Virus genome (UHGV): UHGV-0129090
Strand: one strand, 5' to 3'
Length of the DNA stretch: 34,582 bases
Source of the DNA: a virus
Shown here: positions 31,900 through 34,582 of the stretch, in pieces
Numbering within the stretch: position 1 is the stretch's first letter
Layout: every line of letters begins with the position of its first letter
Program-made: the position numbers and the translations under genes
The notes under the pieces: generated by a model
What the model saw: the letters and a program-made list of their open reading frames with translations, nothing else
The model's database searches: none
Told to the model about the DNA's origin: nothing

Positions 31900-32082
31900 C
31901 TAGATTTTTTTATAATTGATTGATTGGTATAGAAAAACTAATCCCTTCACTATATAAGCCAGTACCGCTACGCCTAGAAACATGAAAAAGCCTACATATA
32001 GTACCTTAATGAATCCAGATACCAGTACCACTACCCCTAAAACCATAATCAATGCCGTGTAGATCCAATCCATCATAATCAT
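31900..32082 (-). CDS. Small hydrophobic membrane protein (two predicted TM helices)
   Basis: 60 aa, almost entirely hydrophobic, ending in basic NYKKI. Confidence 0.4.
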   Translation of the reverse strand: MIMMDWIYTALIMVLGVVVLVSGFIKVLYVGFFMFLGVAVLAYIVKGLVFLYQSINYKKI

Positions 32083-32205
32083 TCTCCTTTCTTGTTATTG
32101 TCTTTTATTTAGTACAAAAACGAAAAAATCCCCCTTAATGCGACATCACGATTAAAGGGGAGAATAGATACTTGCTTTCTTGTTCTGACAACTACTATAG
32201 CTGCA

Positions 32206-33804
32206 TCACTTCCTACTGTCAATCATTGTAGTAGCTAATGCCATTGCACCATCTACTACATTCTTCCAATACTCTAAAGCATCATCATCAAGATCACCAG
32301 ACAACGTACCATCTAGACTAAGACTACTAACAGATCTTAGAGTAGTAGTTAGTGTATTAGTACCACCAGTACCAGTACGCTGTATATCTACATCAATAAT
32401 CACTAGATGGCTTAGTGCATCAGACCAATACTTGATAGTACAGTATATGGTGTACTTAGACTTGCTTACATCTTCCCGTACTATGTTTATGTGCTGTATT
32501 AGCTTCTTAATGCGGTTGTTTAGTTCGATGCGATAGTTAGTATCTAAATCTAACTTATCATCATCAAAGGTTAGCTGTATATCCTTCGGTACGTCTACTG
32601 ATTTTAGGCGTATAGTCAATTCTTCCTGTTCGCGGTTCATGATCTCTAATTCATCCAGTATCGCAAACTTTTCATGCCTACTAGCTTTATTAAGACGTTC
32701 ACGGAACGCGGCAATATCCCTTTCGTTCTGAATCCACTGATCACGCAATGTTAGTACGTTATTATCTTCATGTTTATATACTTCACTGAAATCTAATCCA
32801 CGAATCGCCGTTAGTAATGGGCGTTCTAATGCGTTATATGCAATGCTACGGGCTTCACACGTTTTATTAGTACGTTTACCTAAGCAGACTGTAAAAAGAT
32901 TACCGTGGCTGTTACGCTTCACTATAATTGATTGATTGCATACTGGACACCGTGACATACCCGAAAATATATTGAGCATGTTTTTTTGGTGAGTATTACC
33001 CTTTTTGTTGGTGCTGGCTTTTAATGCCTGTACGCGGTCGTATAGGTCTTTATCAATTATTGGTGGATAACGTGCATCATCGGCAACTCGTTTATCACTA
33101 AGAGCACGTAATACGGTTACTAGTGTCCACGGCTTACCATTATCAGTATTGCCATAAGTACGGACAATCTGAGCCGCACCAATGCCATTAATATAATCAT
33201 TATACATACGCTGGATCGCCTTTGCTGTATCATTTGTACGGTACTGTTTCACGCCGTCTAGCTCTACTACATCAAACCATCGAGGCCGCACCTTTGATAC
33301 TTTTCCGTAGCGGTTGGCGTGTGACTTCTGCATCATTATACTTTTGCGTTTTGACTCCCCGTTAGCACGGTTTATTTGTATTGTAAGCACACTTAAACTT
33401 TCTGGAATATAACGCGAATACGTCATTCCTGTCTCAATCTCTAGGATAGTAGTACCACGGTTAATTAGACCGGATATGATTTCTACTGCCTGAAATGGAT
33501 CAAGACGTGTAAGGCGGTCGATGTTCTCTACGATTAGTACAGAATCATTGATCACACCGTCCATAACCATCTTTCGGTACTTGCCTAAGAGTGTTTTTTC
33601 ATTCCAGTTCTTCCCACGGAACGCCGATTTACCCTCTGCTACCATCTGCGTTATGTTCTCGGTATCGAGCGTAAAAGGTAGTCGATGGTCTAATACAACA
33701 TACTGTAAAAACTGATTGATTGTGTTTACCTGCCTTTGAATACCAAAGCCGTCAACCTGCTTGAGCGTTGAGATACGGGCATAACACCATACGGGCACTT
33801 TCAT
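32206..33804 (-). CDS. Large serine recombinase (phage integrase)
   Basis: N-terminal resolvase-type catalytic region YARISTLKQ and VENIDRLTR, followed by a large C-terminal domain with a Cys cluster (CPVCN...C...C); GGAGGT ribosome-binding site; start about 40 bp from attR. Confidence 0.85.
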   Translation of the reverse strand: MKVPVWCYARISTLKQVDGFGIQRQVNTINQFLQYVVLDHRLPFTLDTENITQMVAEGKSAFRGKNWNEKTLLGKYRKMVMDGVINDSVLIVENIDRLTRLDPFQAVEIISGLINRGTTILEIETGMTYSRYIPESLSVLTIQINRANGESKRKSIMMQKSHANRYGKVSKVRPRWFDVVELDGVKQYRTNDTAKAIQRMYNDYINGIGAAQIVRTYGNTDNGKPWTLVTVLRALSDKRVADDARYPPIIDKDLYDRVQALKASTNKKGNTHQKNMLNIFSGMSRCPVCNQSIIVKRNSHGNLFTVCLGKRTNKTCEARSIAYNALERPLLTAIRGLDFSEVYKHEDNNVLTLRDQWIQNERDIAAFRERLNKASRHEKFAILDELEIMNREQEELTIRLKSVDVPKDIQLTFDDDKLDLDTNYRIELNNRIKKLIQHINIVREDVSKSKYTIYCTIKYWSDALSHLVIIDVDIQRTGTGGTNTLTTTLRSVSSLSLDGTLSGDLDDDALEYWKNVVDGAMALATTMIDSRK

Positions 33805-33844
33805 CTACTTACCTCCATTCACTGTGGTGTACATCCTATCACAA

Positions 33845-33850
33845 CTGTTC
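33845..33850. repeat. attR core (ctgttc) at right prophage/host junction
   Basis: Same hexamer as 667-672; host frame resumes here; phage arm gtggtgtacat (33824-33834) mirrors atgtacgccac (687-697) across the core. Confidence 0.7.
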
Positions 33851-34532
33851 ATTGCTGCTGATGGGGCCGCAGTGGCGTTCGCGTCTCGATCGTGAAGCCA
33901 GCCTGCTGGGTCACAGTGGTTGCCGTATTGGCGGTAACGATCTGGATATCGCGCTGGCGTTTAAAAACCTGATGCCGTTACTGGGCATGGGTGGCGAAAC
34001 CGAAAAAGGCATCGCCCTGCCGATTCTGCCGTGGTGGAATGCGGTTGCCATCAACGACGTTCCTGCACAGAGTGATTTCTACAGTAGTGCCAACGGTCGT
34101 CTGCTTAACGATCTGGTACGCGATGCCCGCGAACCGGAAAAAGTGGCCCTGTTACAGAAAGTCTGGCGTCAGCGTTTAAGCTATCGCCTGGTGCGTAGCG
34201 CAGAAGAGAGCAAAATCGCCCTTTCAAGCACTGCGGAAACCCGCGCCTCACTGCCGTTTATCAGCGATGAACTGGCTACGCTGATTAGCCAGCAAGGGCT
34301 GGAAAGCGCCCTCAGCCAGCCACTGGCGCGGATTCTGGAACAGGTGCAACTGGCGCTGGATAACGCCCAGGAAAAACCGGACGTTATCTACCTGACCGGC
34401 GGTAGCGCCCGTTCGCCGCTGATTAAAAAAGCGCTGGCAGAACAGTTGCCGGGCATTCCGATTGCAGGCGGCGATGACTTTGGCTCCGTCACCGCCGGGC
34501 TGGCACGCTGGGCAGAAGTGGTATTTCGTTAA
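33845..34532 (+). CDS. yegD: Host YegD, 3' fragment continuing the interrupted gene (track ORF 33768-34532 includes a phage-derived 5' extension)
   Basis: GC-rich; begins CSLLLMGPQW exactly where the left fragment ends; ends LTGGSARSPLIKKALAEQLPGIPIAGGDDFGSVTAGLARWAEVVFR. Confidence 0.85.
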
Positions 34533-34582
34533 AAGAAAATGGCTCAGCAGCGGCTTAAATCAGCCTGCGCCTGAGCCAGTTT

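Noticed and set aside
34533-34582. Imperfect inverted repeat (ggctcag...ctgagcc) after the yegD stop
   Set aside because: Plausibly the host terminator or a REP-like element, but it is at the window edge and cannot be assessed.

Overview
The window is an almost complete prophage of about 33.2 kb (roughly 673-33844), visibly AT-rich, inserted inside a GC-rich host gene whose two halves flank it (yegD-like Hsp70/actin-fold protein; left half 2-676, right half about 33845-34532). A 6-bp identical core (ctgttc) lies at both junctions, and a large serine recombinase gene (32206-33804, minus) sits about 40 bp inside the right junction. Nearly all phage genes are on the minus strand. The right-to-left order is integrase, an early/accessory region of small ORFs (23744-32082), then a contiguous morphogenesis module (673-23455). 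The early region includes an HNH endonuclease, an unlisted ribbon-helix-helix ORF, a small membrane protein, two paralogous secreted proteins plus a putative lipoprotein, and repeat-rich intergenic regions. The morphogenesis module runs: small and large terminase, portal, a protease-scaffold-capsid fusion, connector proteins, a 1233-aa fibre, major tail protein, two tail chaperones joined by a -1 frameshift site, tape measure, a lambda-like tail tip set (M/L/K-like and an I-J fusion), lysis genes and a four-gene att-proximal operon. I found no CRISPR array, tRNA or rRNA. I could not recognise any replication or classical repressor gene. All calls rest on reading the six-frame translations and the DNA by eye; no database search was possible. 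I cannot point to one system as the novel one; the best candidates are the att-proximal operon, the exported-protein cluster and the integrase-proximal HNH/RHH/membrane module. Manually derived coordinates may be off by 1-2 nt.
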